From Parasitella parasitica NRRL 2501 (taxonomy: Eukaryota; Fungi; Mucoromycota), in NCBI GenBank assembly GCA_025201805.1, contig MU619273.1:1-64000 (forward strand): a stretch of 64,000 bases of DNA, given 5' to 3'. Positions within the stretch are counted from its first letter, which is position 1. Every line of letters begins with the position of its first letter. The translations under genes were made by a program, and so were the position numbers. This document shows, in pieces, positions 13,289 to 25,266 of this stretch. Under the pieces are notes generated by a model. It was not told the origin of the DNA and ran no database searches. It worked only from the letters and a program-made list of their open reading frames with translations.

Positions 13289-15160
13289 ATGAAATTTTAT
13301 AATAAAGCCATATTTCTGTTTCTAGCAAGTTTGATGGTTGAGAAAACCTGCAATGCGACCGAATTGAACCCAACGTTTCAGGAGGAACAGCACCCCAAGA
13401 AAATTGCATTCTTTGCACCATTTGGTGGTGCATCGCACATTAACTGGGTGCTAAATATCGGTAATGAGCTTGGTATCAGAGGCCATAACTTTAGCTTTCT
13501 TACAGTGGTCAGTATTTTGCTTATTTTATCAGTTCATAACGAGTCAGGTAGCATGTGAAGACTGAAACTTGTCGTTGTACATAGGATGAGTATGTCAAAT
13601 TCGGTAGATCAAGCCCTCATGTACAAACAATAGCTATCGGTCAAGGCGTCGACACTAGCAATACATCTGCACTCACAAAAGATTCAAAGAAAACAGTTAA
13701 AGACAATATCAAATTCATTGGGAAAACATTTGATTACATGTATGCCAACTTTGAAAGAGGTATATAATAATAATATACATCTGCCTACAGAATATACTTA
13801 CCTTAAGTTGCGTATCATAGATTTCATTGCAGCAAAAGAATATTTCAAGGACAATGGCATTGATTTGGCTATATGTGATCATTTTTCAGATGCATGTTAT
13901 AGCGCAGCCAACATGCTAAACATTCCATATATCATTACACTCGCAGTACCACTTACGAAGGGTATGTGCACATATTGTCAAGATGGCATAAAGGTCTTTT
14001 ACTAACTGCTCGTTATATGCGCATATGTCTATATAGATTCTAGTGCTACATACATCAATAGTAAACTAACCACAATGGCAGATTTCACGACTGAATTTCA
14101 GTCATTTGGCACTCGGTTTACCAACAAATTCGTTGTGCCTCTATTAGAGACAAAGGAATTAGCACCTGTTCTGAATTCTTTAGCAGAAAGAAAGCGAAAA
14201 GTTGGGCTGCCTGCTAAAATGGAAGATCCTACCAAAACATGGAAGAATTCTCTCAAGCTTGTCAATTCATTGCACGGCTTTTCTCCTGCTAGACCATTGG
14301 GTCCACTTGTTGAATATGTAGGACCTATTGTCCCCAAATTTTATCAACCACTGTCTTTTGAATTGAAAGAGTATTTGGATGCTCATGAGCGAATTGCTTA
14401 TATTGCGTTTGGTCAAATTGCTACCCCAGTTGAAAAAGACATCACGCTCATATTAGCGGGTCTACTGGAGAGCATAGAGCAGGGCAAATTAGATGGGTTC
14501 CTCTGGGCATCTGTCCACGCTGCTGGCTTCTTCCCAGATACAATTATCACTTCGTCAAACACTACTTACAACGTACAAGACATGTTTAATCCAAAACACC
14601 CTTATGCTCGTGTCATCAAATGGGCGCCTCAGACCGCTGTCCTTCACCATCCCTCTACCAAATTATTTGTTTCGCATGGAGGCCTTGGTTCGTGGTACGA
14701 GTCCATGTATTCAGGAACTCGTATGATCATGTTCCCTTTCTTTGGTGATCAGCCTGGTAACGCCTTGGTGATTGAGCGCAGCAAGTTAGGGGGTATTTTA
14801 AGCGCTGATTTTACTGTTCCTCAGGCAGTGGAGCTGTTTCGTCAGGTCATAGCTGACGAAGATGGTGAAATCATGAGCAGTGTAAAACGATACCAAGCGT
14901 TAGTTCAAATACATTCCAGACGAGGTGTTGTCAAAGGTGCTGACTTGATCGAAGAAGTCGCATACACACATAGAGATGGGTTTTTAAAGCATCGACAAAG
15001 TGCTGATCAGCGTATGAATTACTTAAAGTCGCATGATCTTGACTTGTATGGAGCTCTGTTGATGACCGTCATTGTTGGTTTGTGGGCAACTATCAAGGCT
15101 ATCAAACTCGTCTCAGTGCACTTGAAGAATACGCCAACAGAAAAAGTAAAGAAGCACTAG
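13289..15160 (+). CDS. UDP-glycosyltransferase (GT1/UGT) with signal peptide and C-terminal TM anchor (4 exons)
   Basis: N-terminal hydrophobic leader; GASH catalytic His region; UGT signature WAPQTAVLHHPSTKLFVSHGGLGSWYESMYSGTRMIMFPFFGDQ; TM helix followed by KVKKH tail. Confidence 0.92.
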
Positions 15161-15441
15161 AATTTAAACTAGCAACTTTTTATAATAAACAATGTTTATA
15201 TGCTTGGATCATTTCGATATGTAGCCATGCCAATCTTCCAGAATATTGTCAATTATCTGAACATTTAGACTTGGCCCTGGATGAACTTGATTTTACGTAT
15301 ACAGGACAAATCAATGATTGCTGTGTACTTGGATGTACAATGATCTCTTTCGTGACTTCGGGTAGGCAGGCACTACAACTAGGAAAAATTGAGTGCCAAC
15401 ACTCGCAACCTTTTTCTCCTCCTCTTACAGATAGAAAAAAG

Positions 15442-17174
15442 ATGCAACCTCAACCTCACGTGTATCCACAACATCCAGGTAACATACAACAACCTGGAGG
15501 GATGGTCCCACCTCAGGGAATGCCACCTGGAGCCATGCAATTTAGAAAGAGACCCAGTGAAGCGGATACACTGGCAAAGCACATCAAGTAAGTATAAGCT
15601 TTATACGTGTCTTGCAGCAAACCTATCTAATTCGCTATGACAGAAAGAAGAGACCAACGGATAAGAATATGCCACCGCAGGTAAAACAAGTCAGTGTTTG
15701 ACTGAGAGCTTTTTCTAATGTGTTTATAGATTGAATCCTTTGTGCCAGAATCAAAGTTGTATACAGATCTTGTAGAATTTGAAAAGAAATTGGACGCAAC
15801 TATCATGAGAAAGAGATTAGACATTCAAGAAGCCTTGGGAAAGCCTACAAAGGTATATACGGCGCCTTAAAGAGAATAGAATAGAGTGTTTAACAAGCTG
15901 TTTTGACAAGGTCCATCGCACATTGCGTCTTTTCATTTCCAATACAACATCAGATCAATCCTCGACGGCCGAAGACGAGAATGCCTTTGATTTAAACAAT
16001 GGAAATGTCCCTAGTTGGACGCTCAAAATTGAAGGAAAATTGCTAGATGTAAGTTTGGTTTTTCTTTATCATCAAGCATTAGACTAACAGTGGTATTAGC
16101 CTGCTGCACAGACAAAAAAAGCAGAGTCTGCGCAGAAGCTTACTACATTTTTTCGCTCTGTGGTTGTGGAATTAGAAAGAGATGCCAATTTATATCCAGA
16201 AGGGAATTTGATTGAGGTAACTCATAGATCTATGAATGATGCCGTCGTACTGAAACACTGTCTAGTGGCAAAAACAACCAAACACACCTGATTTTGACGC
16301 AATTGAGATCAAGAGAAAGGGAGATGTCAATGTCAAGGCCAAAATAATCGTCCATCTTGATTCTAACCCTCAAAAGTTCAAATTGAGCCCTGCATTGGCC
16401 GATTTATTGGATGTAAAAATGGAAACGAAACCTCAAATTGTTATGGGCATTTGGAATTATTGTAAAGTAAGTGAAAAGTAAAGGAAGGGAGAATCTCTCT
16501 ATACCAAGAGCCTTGATTAAAACAAATCATGGAAATCTTCAGAATCATAAACTTCAGGACGCAGAGGATAAGCGCCTTATTCGTTGTGATAATCGCTTGG
16601 GCCAGATTTTCGGTTATCCTCAGCTTCATTTCTCTCAGCTTCCTGAACTTATCACACAGCATTTAAGCCGGCCTGATCCAGTTGTCATCGAATATACAAT
16701 CCGCGTTGATAAGCCATTACATCAGTCATCTAAAGCTTACGATATTGATATCGAAATAGACAGTGCTGTTCGACAAAAGATGATGCACATCGTCTCGTCT
16801 ACTTCGACGCAAAAGGAAATCATGGCCTTAGATGATAAGATTGTTCAATGTGTACAGAGCATCAACAATAGCAAAATCAAGCGCGATTTTTTGATACAGT
16901 TCTCCAAGGAGCCTGTCGAGTTCATCAACAAATGGATTGCAAGTCAGGCTAGGGATTTAGAGGTCATTTTAGGCGAAAGTAAAGTTAATTTAGAGGAGAT
17001 GAGACAAAGTGATTTCTATAAACAGCCTTGGATGAAGGAGGCAGTGTTCCATTATCTGACCACAAAGGTAAGCTACCATACACAGGCATTGCCATTGCCA
17101 TTGCTAATGAAAATCCTGCTCTTTCTATACAGACACAACAACGTATGCAGGAATTACTTGGATTCCAATCATAA
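15442..17174 (+). CDS. SNF12: SWI/SNF-RSC SWIB-domain subunit (Snf12/Rsc6/BAF60 family), multi-exon
   Basis: [27 protein letters not shown]; [19 protein letters not shown]; [13 protein letters not shown]. Last exon 17133-17174. Probable 5'UTR intron 15362-15430. Confidence 0.9.
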
Positions 17175-17209
17175 ATTTATTATCAATCGAATAAAATTTT
17201 TCTGTTTCT

Positions 17210-18379
17210 CTAAACCCAAAATTGGATGCAAGTGGGTTGCACATGGGCAACGCTGGATACTTGCTTCAATGAACCAGTGTCAGGATTGATTTTAAACACA
17301 ACGATATTGTCAGAATCCTACATGTCTCATTGATTAGTATTCATATAGTTGATGCACGCCATTTCGTCTACACTGCCACGAACCTTATTTCCAACCAAAA
17401 TGAACGAACCAGTAGGGTCCAAAGTAAAATGGCGAGGGTGCTTTCCACCAGTTTTCTGATATCCCACCAGAGTAAGCTTACCAGTTCTTTCATCAATCTC
17501 AAAAATAGTGAGAGCGTCGTATCCACGCATCGAGACGTACAAAAATTTACCATTTGGTGAGATGTCGATTTCAGAGCCTAGATTCTCGCCAGCCCAATCC
17601 TTTGGCAACGCATGAATCTGCTGTACCTTGTAAAATTTACCTTGATGGAAATTAAATTCGAGCATGTAGACATCATTCGAGAGCTCAGATACGACATAGC
17701 AAAAGTTGTTGTGGTTGGGAGCAAATTTGAGATGGCGAGGACCAGCACCCTTTGGAAACTCAAACGTAGAATGGTTTGTGAGCTTTCCAGTGCTATTGCG
17801 GTCAAACTTGTAGGTGACAAGAATGTCACATCCGAGATCATTGCAGAAAGCATAGTGCTGGGCAATGGGGTCGAGATCAATGGAATGGACGTGCGGTTTC
17901 TCTTGACGATCGGGTACACCCAATGTAGACTGATAAGTTTGACTATGAACTGGGTTGCAGATCACCTCACCCAACACAGAGTCCGGAGCACCAGGATTTT
18001 CTATAGGAATTACACTGACAGATCCACCTGTATAGTTAGCAACCAGCAAATAACTGCCACTTATGTCGACGGTGGCGTGGCAAGGATCTTGGCCATTTGA
18101 AGGCTGCTCATTCACGAGAGTCAATTGCCCTGTCTCCTTATTACGTGTGTACGCAGATACATAGCCTGTCTTTTGTCCTTTGTATTCTCCTACTTCATTG
18201 ACAGCATACAAATGCTGGTTACTTGTGTGCAATGTAAAGTAAGATGGATTAACGGATTCGGCAGCCAACCCTTTTCGTGTCAATGCACCGGTACGAGTGT
18301 TGAAACTATATTGATAAATGCCCACACTCTGTTCATTGGTATATCCGGAAACGTAAACTGGTAATTCTTCGGAAGTCAT
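17210..18379 (-). CDS. 6-phosphogluconolactonase-like 7-bladed beta-propeller lactonase (Pgl/YbhE, cycloisomerase-2 family), 2 exons
   Basis: NPSY, PCH, VANYTGGSV, RQEKPHVH, DLGCD, GAGPRH, ELSN, PRHF. The last exon DSDNIVVFKIN...PTCIQFWV ends at 17210. Confidence 0.9.
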
Positions 18380-19526
18380 TGCAAAACAAACCGTGAAAAA
18401 TGGGAAAAGAAAAAATACTGATGTAATCTAATAGAGGCTGCCTTTTAGTGGTATTTGCAGTGTGTCGTACTCAGCATGACGCCATAGACATGTCTTGAAT
18501 TCCCTAAAAAAGTGTAATGTTCAATTTACGAAGCTTATCTTGGCTGATTATCATATCATTTCGGTCATTAATTGTATTTCTGTTTCTTTTACTACTTTTA
18601 TCTGTACGTTCGTACACCAGAAACAAGCTATAATGAATTTAGTACCAACCACTGAGTTGCTTTGAAAACAAATCCTAAAAAGTAAAAATACCTGCAAACG
18701 CAAGAAATTTATCGGCAGATTTAAACGAGATGCACATGAAAGTACTCTTTATTTAAGTAGCATGACTTTAGTGCCTTCTTATAAATCCATCGTCTCTTCT
18801 ATTAGTATTATGGAAACCTACCACGAAATTTAAAGAGCACTCCAATTCTGTAAGATTTGCCTGTTTTATAAAATGTATTAACATTAAAGCGACATAATAG
18901 GGCTTAAAACATACCCTTCCAAAGAGAAAGCTTTGCCATTGTTGAAAAGAACGGCTTTATGCTCAGGCAATACGTTGGCAGTTTCATAGAGTTTGCACTG
19001 AAAGAGATGGCAATTTTTACTGTCCTGGGGGTATATTGGAATCCATCATCCGTTCAATGAAGTAAGAATTTTGCACGTAATTGATTCCAGTAAACTTAGA
19101 GTTTGCTAGCAATGTTGATTAGTTGATAAAGTTGCTGAGCATTAAGTCAAGCGATGATAATGGTTTGATGAAATTGCTGTCCAAAGTCAAACACAGAATG
19201 CGTTCATCAGAATTATAAAGTGTCAAATAAAAAGGTATTATTGTACAGTACTTGAGATATATAAGCATCCATCTTTTACAGATTTCTTAGCAGCTCATAA
19301 TACAGTACATTCTTTAAAAAGACTGAATTTTAAGATGCTTCGAGCTTTAATTTGAGAAAAACAATAATTATAAAAAACTTGACGTTATTTTTGTACGTGG
19401 AACTCGTTTATGAATTGAATTAATACATTTTTTGTGCTTCAGATGTTCAAAACGTATTCGTCTAAATATTTTGGATTCTACATTCGTACAGTTTATTTAA
19501 AAATGAGAATATCCTGGGAGGAATCT

Positions 19527-20801
19527 TTAAGAAGATTCTTTCGCAGCACCACTTGCACGCCATTCACCCAAGATAAGCGAAATAATATCCTCCATACCAA
19601 CACCATTCTTTACCTGAGCAAAGATTGTAGGTCCATCACCTCTATTTTTATAGTAGAAATATCAGTATAAATGCGATTTCTCGTCTTCTCAAGCTGTATT
19701 TTATCTTCATTATACCTCATTTTCTTTGCATCGCGAGCCATGACATCAAGGTCGGCTCCAATAATGGTGGCCAAATCTGTCTTGTTTACAATCAATAAAT
19801 CACTCTGAGTGATACCAGGGCCTTTTGTAATATGAAAGATAAGCACAATGTCAATAAATACAATATTAGTTCCAAGTTATTTCTTGAATACATACCTCCT
19901 TTTCTGGGAACTTTATCACCTCCAGCAACGTCAATAACATAGATAATGTAATCAGCTATATTGGCACTTTAAATATCAGTATTCTGAATACAGATAACGG
20001 AATAACAAAAAAATACCTAATTCTCGGCTACACAAAAAAGGGAGATTAGGTTTCGTACATCCTATAATTCCAGCGAGTTGAATCTTACCTATAGTTGGCA
20101 GCCAAATTATCACCACCAGATTCGATCAATAGCAATTGTGTATTGAATTTGCCATGAAGAGTTTCCAAAGCATTCAAGTTGGCAGAAACATCTTCGCTGT
20201 AAAAAAGAAAACTGTCAGCTGATGAAAAATACGAAGCATTAGTGCAAAATTTACCGAATAGCCTAGATAAATCATATAATTAATATCATACATAACAGAC
20301 ACATGGGAAAATCAATCAACTTACGGCATGAGGACAGCCACCTGTTTCGATAGCAGCAATACGCTCCTCAGGCAGAGCAGCATTACGTACCAAGAACTCG
20401 GTATCCTCCTTTGTAAAGATGTCATTAGTGACAGCTGCAATGGAGTACTTGTCACGGAGGCGTTGACACAATGCCAACATCAATGCAGTCTTTCCGGAAC
20501 CAACAGGTCTAATTGAAAACCCAACGTTCATAAATCAGATATACATGCGTTTCAATTAAAATCCATTCATGATATACCCTCCAATGCCAACAGTGAATGC
20601 TCTTTCTGTCCAATCACGGTTGTTGTAAATTGCTTTGGGGCGCTCCTGATAGAGGCCAGGGGAATCCATTTGTTCGTGTGTATGTCCATGTTCGCGAACA
20701 CCATGATCATGATTATGAACGTGACCATCCCCATGATCGTGGACGGCGTTATTGTTAGCGTTGGGTGAGGAATGTTCCTCGAAGCGACAAGTATCAGCCA
20801 T
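19527..20801 (-). CDS. ureG: Urease accessory GTPase UreG with His-rich N-terminus (8 exons incl. 8-nt and 11-nt micro-exons)
   Basis: [62 protein letters not shown]; N-terminal [13 protein letters not shown]...HGHTH. Confidence 0.96.
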
Positions 20802-21802
20802 TTTAAAGAAAAAGATTGGTGGGAAGGTAAAAAGTAAAGGCTACTGAAACGCGACATTTGATACATCTTTTATAGGATTGAATTGGCTGCCAATTTTCTC
20901 ACAGCTATTTGAGTCTATTTTCAATCCCGTAATGCACCCGGTCGGTTAAAGATCCGTTACACACCTGTTTATAGCCTAAATGCTTGCTCCTTTTAGGACA
21001 AGAGGAGGAGAGTTTGTTTACATTACATCAAACGTTAAAGAAGTATGTAGTCGTTGATAAACAGGTATGTGACCCCTCCTTGTTTGCATTTGATGAAATT
21101 CTCATATCTATAAACAGCATAAGCGTTCTTGGAGCTGAAAAACGGCTAGAACCATGACTCATAAATCTGAAAATTACTTTGCCATTGGCTCAACATCAGC
21201 ATTCGAACTGAACAGAGAAGACATCGTGAGTATAAATGACAACATCGCTGCATAACTAGTTTTAAAACAGCGAATCATTTACTAGAGCAATTCACCATGG
21301 TAACTCGTCTATTGATCAGAGCGATATCTTACCACTACTGGGCAAATGGACACAAGATTGAAATGTCGAATTAAAAGGCCATTGTAGATCAGGTAATATC
21401 AGGGCTTGAATGCTGTCTTTTTTTTTTTTTTTCCTTATCAGACGGGTGTTTATTTTTGGTCATACAAATAGAAAATGAAAAACTCCTCTAAACCAACCAA
21501 TTGCTAATTTTGACAGGAGCTTCTTGGAAATCTTTACTAAAACGGAAGCAAATCTGAATGTAGGGTCATGGTTGCAATGTACAACCATATAAGCGACTGA
21601 AATATACCATTTAGTCAACATACGCTCCGAAAAAAGCTCGCCGTCATCGGGAATCCTTACTAATAATTGTAATATGATGAATGGTTCATCTGTATATCTA
21701 TCGAGTCGGTTTTCTTTCCCTTTTTTTCTTTTCTTCTTTTTTTCTTTTCTTCGTATCCTTCGACTCTCTTTTCCTGTATCATTTTTTGCAAGTATAAACA
21801 AG

Positions 21803-24800
21803 ATGAAGTTGATTCCCCGTGAATTAGATAAACTGTTGCTTTCTCAAGGTAAGTCAAATCAAATCAAGCAGACGGATTACAATAAACAAAATGTCCAACC
21901 GAATTACACAACGCAGCAGCATATTTGTGCGTCTGTTTTAAGCCTAAACCAAGTTTATTTATTCACTATTTTGGGAAAATTATAATGTAGTGGGAGCATT
22001 GGCTCAAAAACGACTAGCTCGAGGCGTCAAGCTGAATTATGTGGAAACTATTGCACTTTTGTCATCTCAGCTGTTGGAATTGATGCGGGACGGATGCTAT
22101 TCAGTGTCTCAGTTGATGGATTTAGGAAAGCAAATGCTGGGTAGACGACATGTACTACCTGATGTTATGGATATGGTCAAAGAGGTTCAAATAGAAGGTA
22201 CATTTCCTGACGGCACCTACCTCGTGACAGTACATGATCCCATCTGTACGGATAATGGCAACATCGAGTTGGCATTGTATGGCTCGTTTTACCCAGTCCC
22301 AGATGAGTCCAAGTTTGATTTACCTACTCCTAGGTCTCGTGAAGATGCTCCTGGTGCGATTATAGGTGTGGGAGGCCCAATCCAGCTAAATTTGAACAGA
22401 AAGCGACTGTCTCTGACTGTAACTAATTTTGGAGACCGAGCGATCCAGGTACAGAACAAACAAATACTTGGATTTTGCAATAGAAAATCACTCACATTTG
22501 TTACATACATGTATATGCAGGTTGGCTCTCATTTCCACTTTATTGAGGCAAATAAATTCCTCAACTTTAATCGAGCGCTCGCGTACGGCATGCGCTTAGA
22601 CATCCCCGCTGGATCTGCCGTTCGCTTCGAGCCTGGGGACTTCAAAACGGTAACATTAGTGGAAATCGGTGGAAACAAAATCATTTCTGGAGGTAACAAC
22701 CTGGCGTCTGGACCTGTTGATATGATAAAACTGCCGGAAATTATAAATAATTTGACCTCCTTGGGATTCATGCATGATGCCAACACACCACTGTTACCGA
22801 ATGCACCTCCATACCAGCTGGAACGAGACTATTATATTGACCATTACGGTCCCACCACAGGAGACCTGGTTCGACTGGGAGACACAAACCTCTGGGCTAG
22901 AATCGAACATGATTTCACTCTCTACGGCGATGAGTGTAAGTTTGGCGGTGGCAAAGTATTGAGAGAAGGGATGGGCCAGGCGACAGATGCTTGCGACAAT
23001 CAAGTGTTGGATTTGGTCATCACAAATGCAATGATTTTTGACTACACTGGTATTTACAAGGCTGACATTGGCATCAAGAAAGGGGTTATTGTTGGCATTG
23101 GTAAATCTGGAAACCCTGATATGATGGACAATGTAACTCCTGGCATGATTGTTGGTGTTGGCACTGAAGCCCTTGCTGGCGAAGGTTTGATTTTTACTGC
23201 TGGTGCTATTGATTCGCATGTCCATTATATTTGCCCTCAAATGTGTTACGAGGTAATTTTTGTTGTCCCCTATCTAGTGTAACTGTGCACAAATTCATAA
23301 TGTACAAAAAAGGCCAACAATAATACTTTTTTTTTTTTTTTATTATTATTATTAATATAGGCACTGGCCAGTGGCATCACGACTCTGATTGGAGGTGGCA
23401 CAGGTCCTAATACTGGCTCAAATGCAACAACCTGTACTCCCGGAGACCACCATATTGAAATGATGATGCAGGCTACTGACGATATCCCCCTGAATTTTGG
23501 CTTTACTGGTAAAGGCTGCTGTGCGTCAAAGAAGCCGCTGGAGGAACAGATTCAAGCTGGTTGTCTAGGCCTAAAGATCCATGAAGACTGGGGAGCCACT
23601 CCTGCAGCTATTGATGCATGTATGGAGGTTTGTGATGAATTTGATGTGCAGGTAAAATTACACACATTGCAGCGCATGATGTGCAAGCATAAATAACTCA
23701 CTTTCGCATATATGCAATAGACTACCATCCATACAGATACATTGAACGAAGCTGGCTTTGTTGAATCTACGATTGCTTCATTTAAAGGAAGAACCATCCA
23801 TACCTACCACAGCGAGGGTGCTGGCGGCGGACACGCCCCTGACAGTAAGTTTTGGTCACTGCGTTAATTTACATTCAGTTTCCATATTGACAGCCCCTTT
23901 CTTGCAGTTATTAGCGTCTGCTCCGAGCCCAATGTGCTACCATCTTCAACAAACCCAACCCGACCTTTTACTGCAAACACACTAGACGAACATATCGACA
24001 TGCTTATGGTCTGCCATCACTTGTCGAAAACAATACCAGAAGACGTTGCATTCGCCGAAAGTCGCATTCGAGCAGAGACAATCGCTGCTGAAGATGTGTT
24101 GCATGATATTGGTGCCATCAGTATGATCAGTTCTGATTGTCAGGCAATGGGCCGTGTAGGGGAGGTTGTCTTGAGAACATGGAAAACAGCACATAAAATG
24201 AAGCAGCAACGAGGAAAATTGCCAGAGGATGAGGGCCACTTGGACGATAACTATAGAATCAAGCGATACATTGCCAAATACACAATCAACGTGTAAGATA
24301 TGCTGTGTTGCTCTACTCTACCTGCTATTTTGTTGCTAACTTGTTTTCTTTCTAGAGCACTCGCCCATGGCATCAGTCATTTGGTTGGTTCGATCGAAGT
24401 TGGAAAAATAGCAGATCTTGTTGCGTTTTCGCCTGCATTCTTTGGCAGCAAACCCGAACTTATATTAAAAGGAGGTATCATCGTTTGGGGTCAAATGGGT
24501 AACAATCTATTTTATGTATTTGCAAAAATGTGCAGAAAAAAAAAAAAAGCTTACTGGTTTGATTTTAGGTGATGCCAACGGCTCTATTTCCACTACAGAG
24601 CCAATTATTTCTAGGCCCATGTATGGCTCCTTCCCTTCTAGTCTATCAAAGAGCTGCATGCTGTTTGTCTCTCAGATATCCATCGATAACGGCAGAATAG
24701 AGTCTTATAAATTGAAAAAGCGGGTCGAGCCTGTAAAGAATTGCCGCAATGTGACTAAAAAGGACATGAAGCATAATAGCGCCATGCCAAAAATCTCTGT

Positions 24801-24897
24801 TGATCCAGAAACTTATGCTGTTACAGCTGATGGTGTGGATTGTGTGTGTGACCCTGTATCAACACTGCCCATGACCCAATCCATCTATTTATTTTAA
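21803..24897 (+). CDS. URE1: Urease, single-chain gamma-beta-alpha fusion (multi-exon)
   Basis: [75 protein letters not shown]; C-terminal [10 protein letters not shown]. Confidence 0.98.
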
Positions 24898-25266
24898 CCC
24901 TCTCATTAGAAATCATGATACTCATATATACACACTCTCTCAAATAATAATAATAGTAATACTAGCAATAAATGCATTTCATTGAAATCAGCTCTATTAC
25001 TACAAAGTAATTTCAAGCAATTTAATGAACCAAGACAGCTTGCTGCACGTTGCTTAACGTTTTACGAAGACGACTTTTATGAGAGGCTATATGTCCACCA
25101 CGTACCTATTCAACGAGGCTCACACCAGCCCAGATGCCACTCCTAGATGTTCATAATAATCTACAAATAATGGGATGGAGCGCCGTTATGAGTGAACATT
25201 ATAGGAGATGATGACAGTTATTAAATGGGAATGAGCCATCATAATGCGACAGGCGTGAAAAATGTA

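Noticed and set aside
17210-18379. Recent bacterial horizontal transfer of the YbhE-type lactonase
   Set aside because: The family is already known in fungi, the gene has an intron, and its composition matches its neighbours; phylogeny would be needed.
18780-19260. Faint minus-strand resemblance to a LINE endonuclease (DERILCLTL, QQWQSFL)
   Set aside because: Too degraded; no intact diagnostic motif. Needs TBLASTX against repeat libraries.
10725-24897. A single 'arginine-to-urea' cluster spanning CASTOR, ureG and urease
   Set aside because: Three unrelated genes (UGT, SNF12, lactonase) intervene, no arginase or urea transporter is present, and this CASTOR may not bind Arg.
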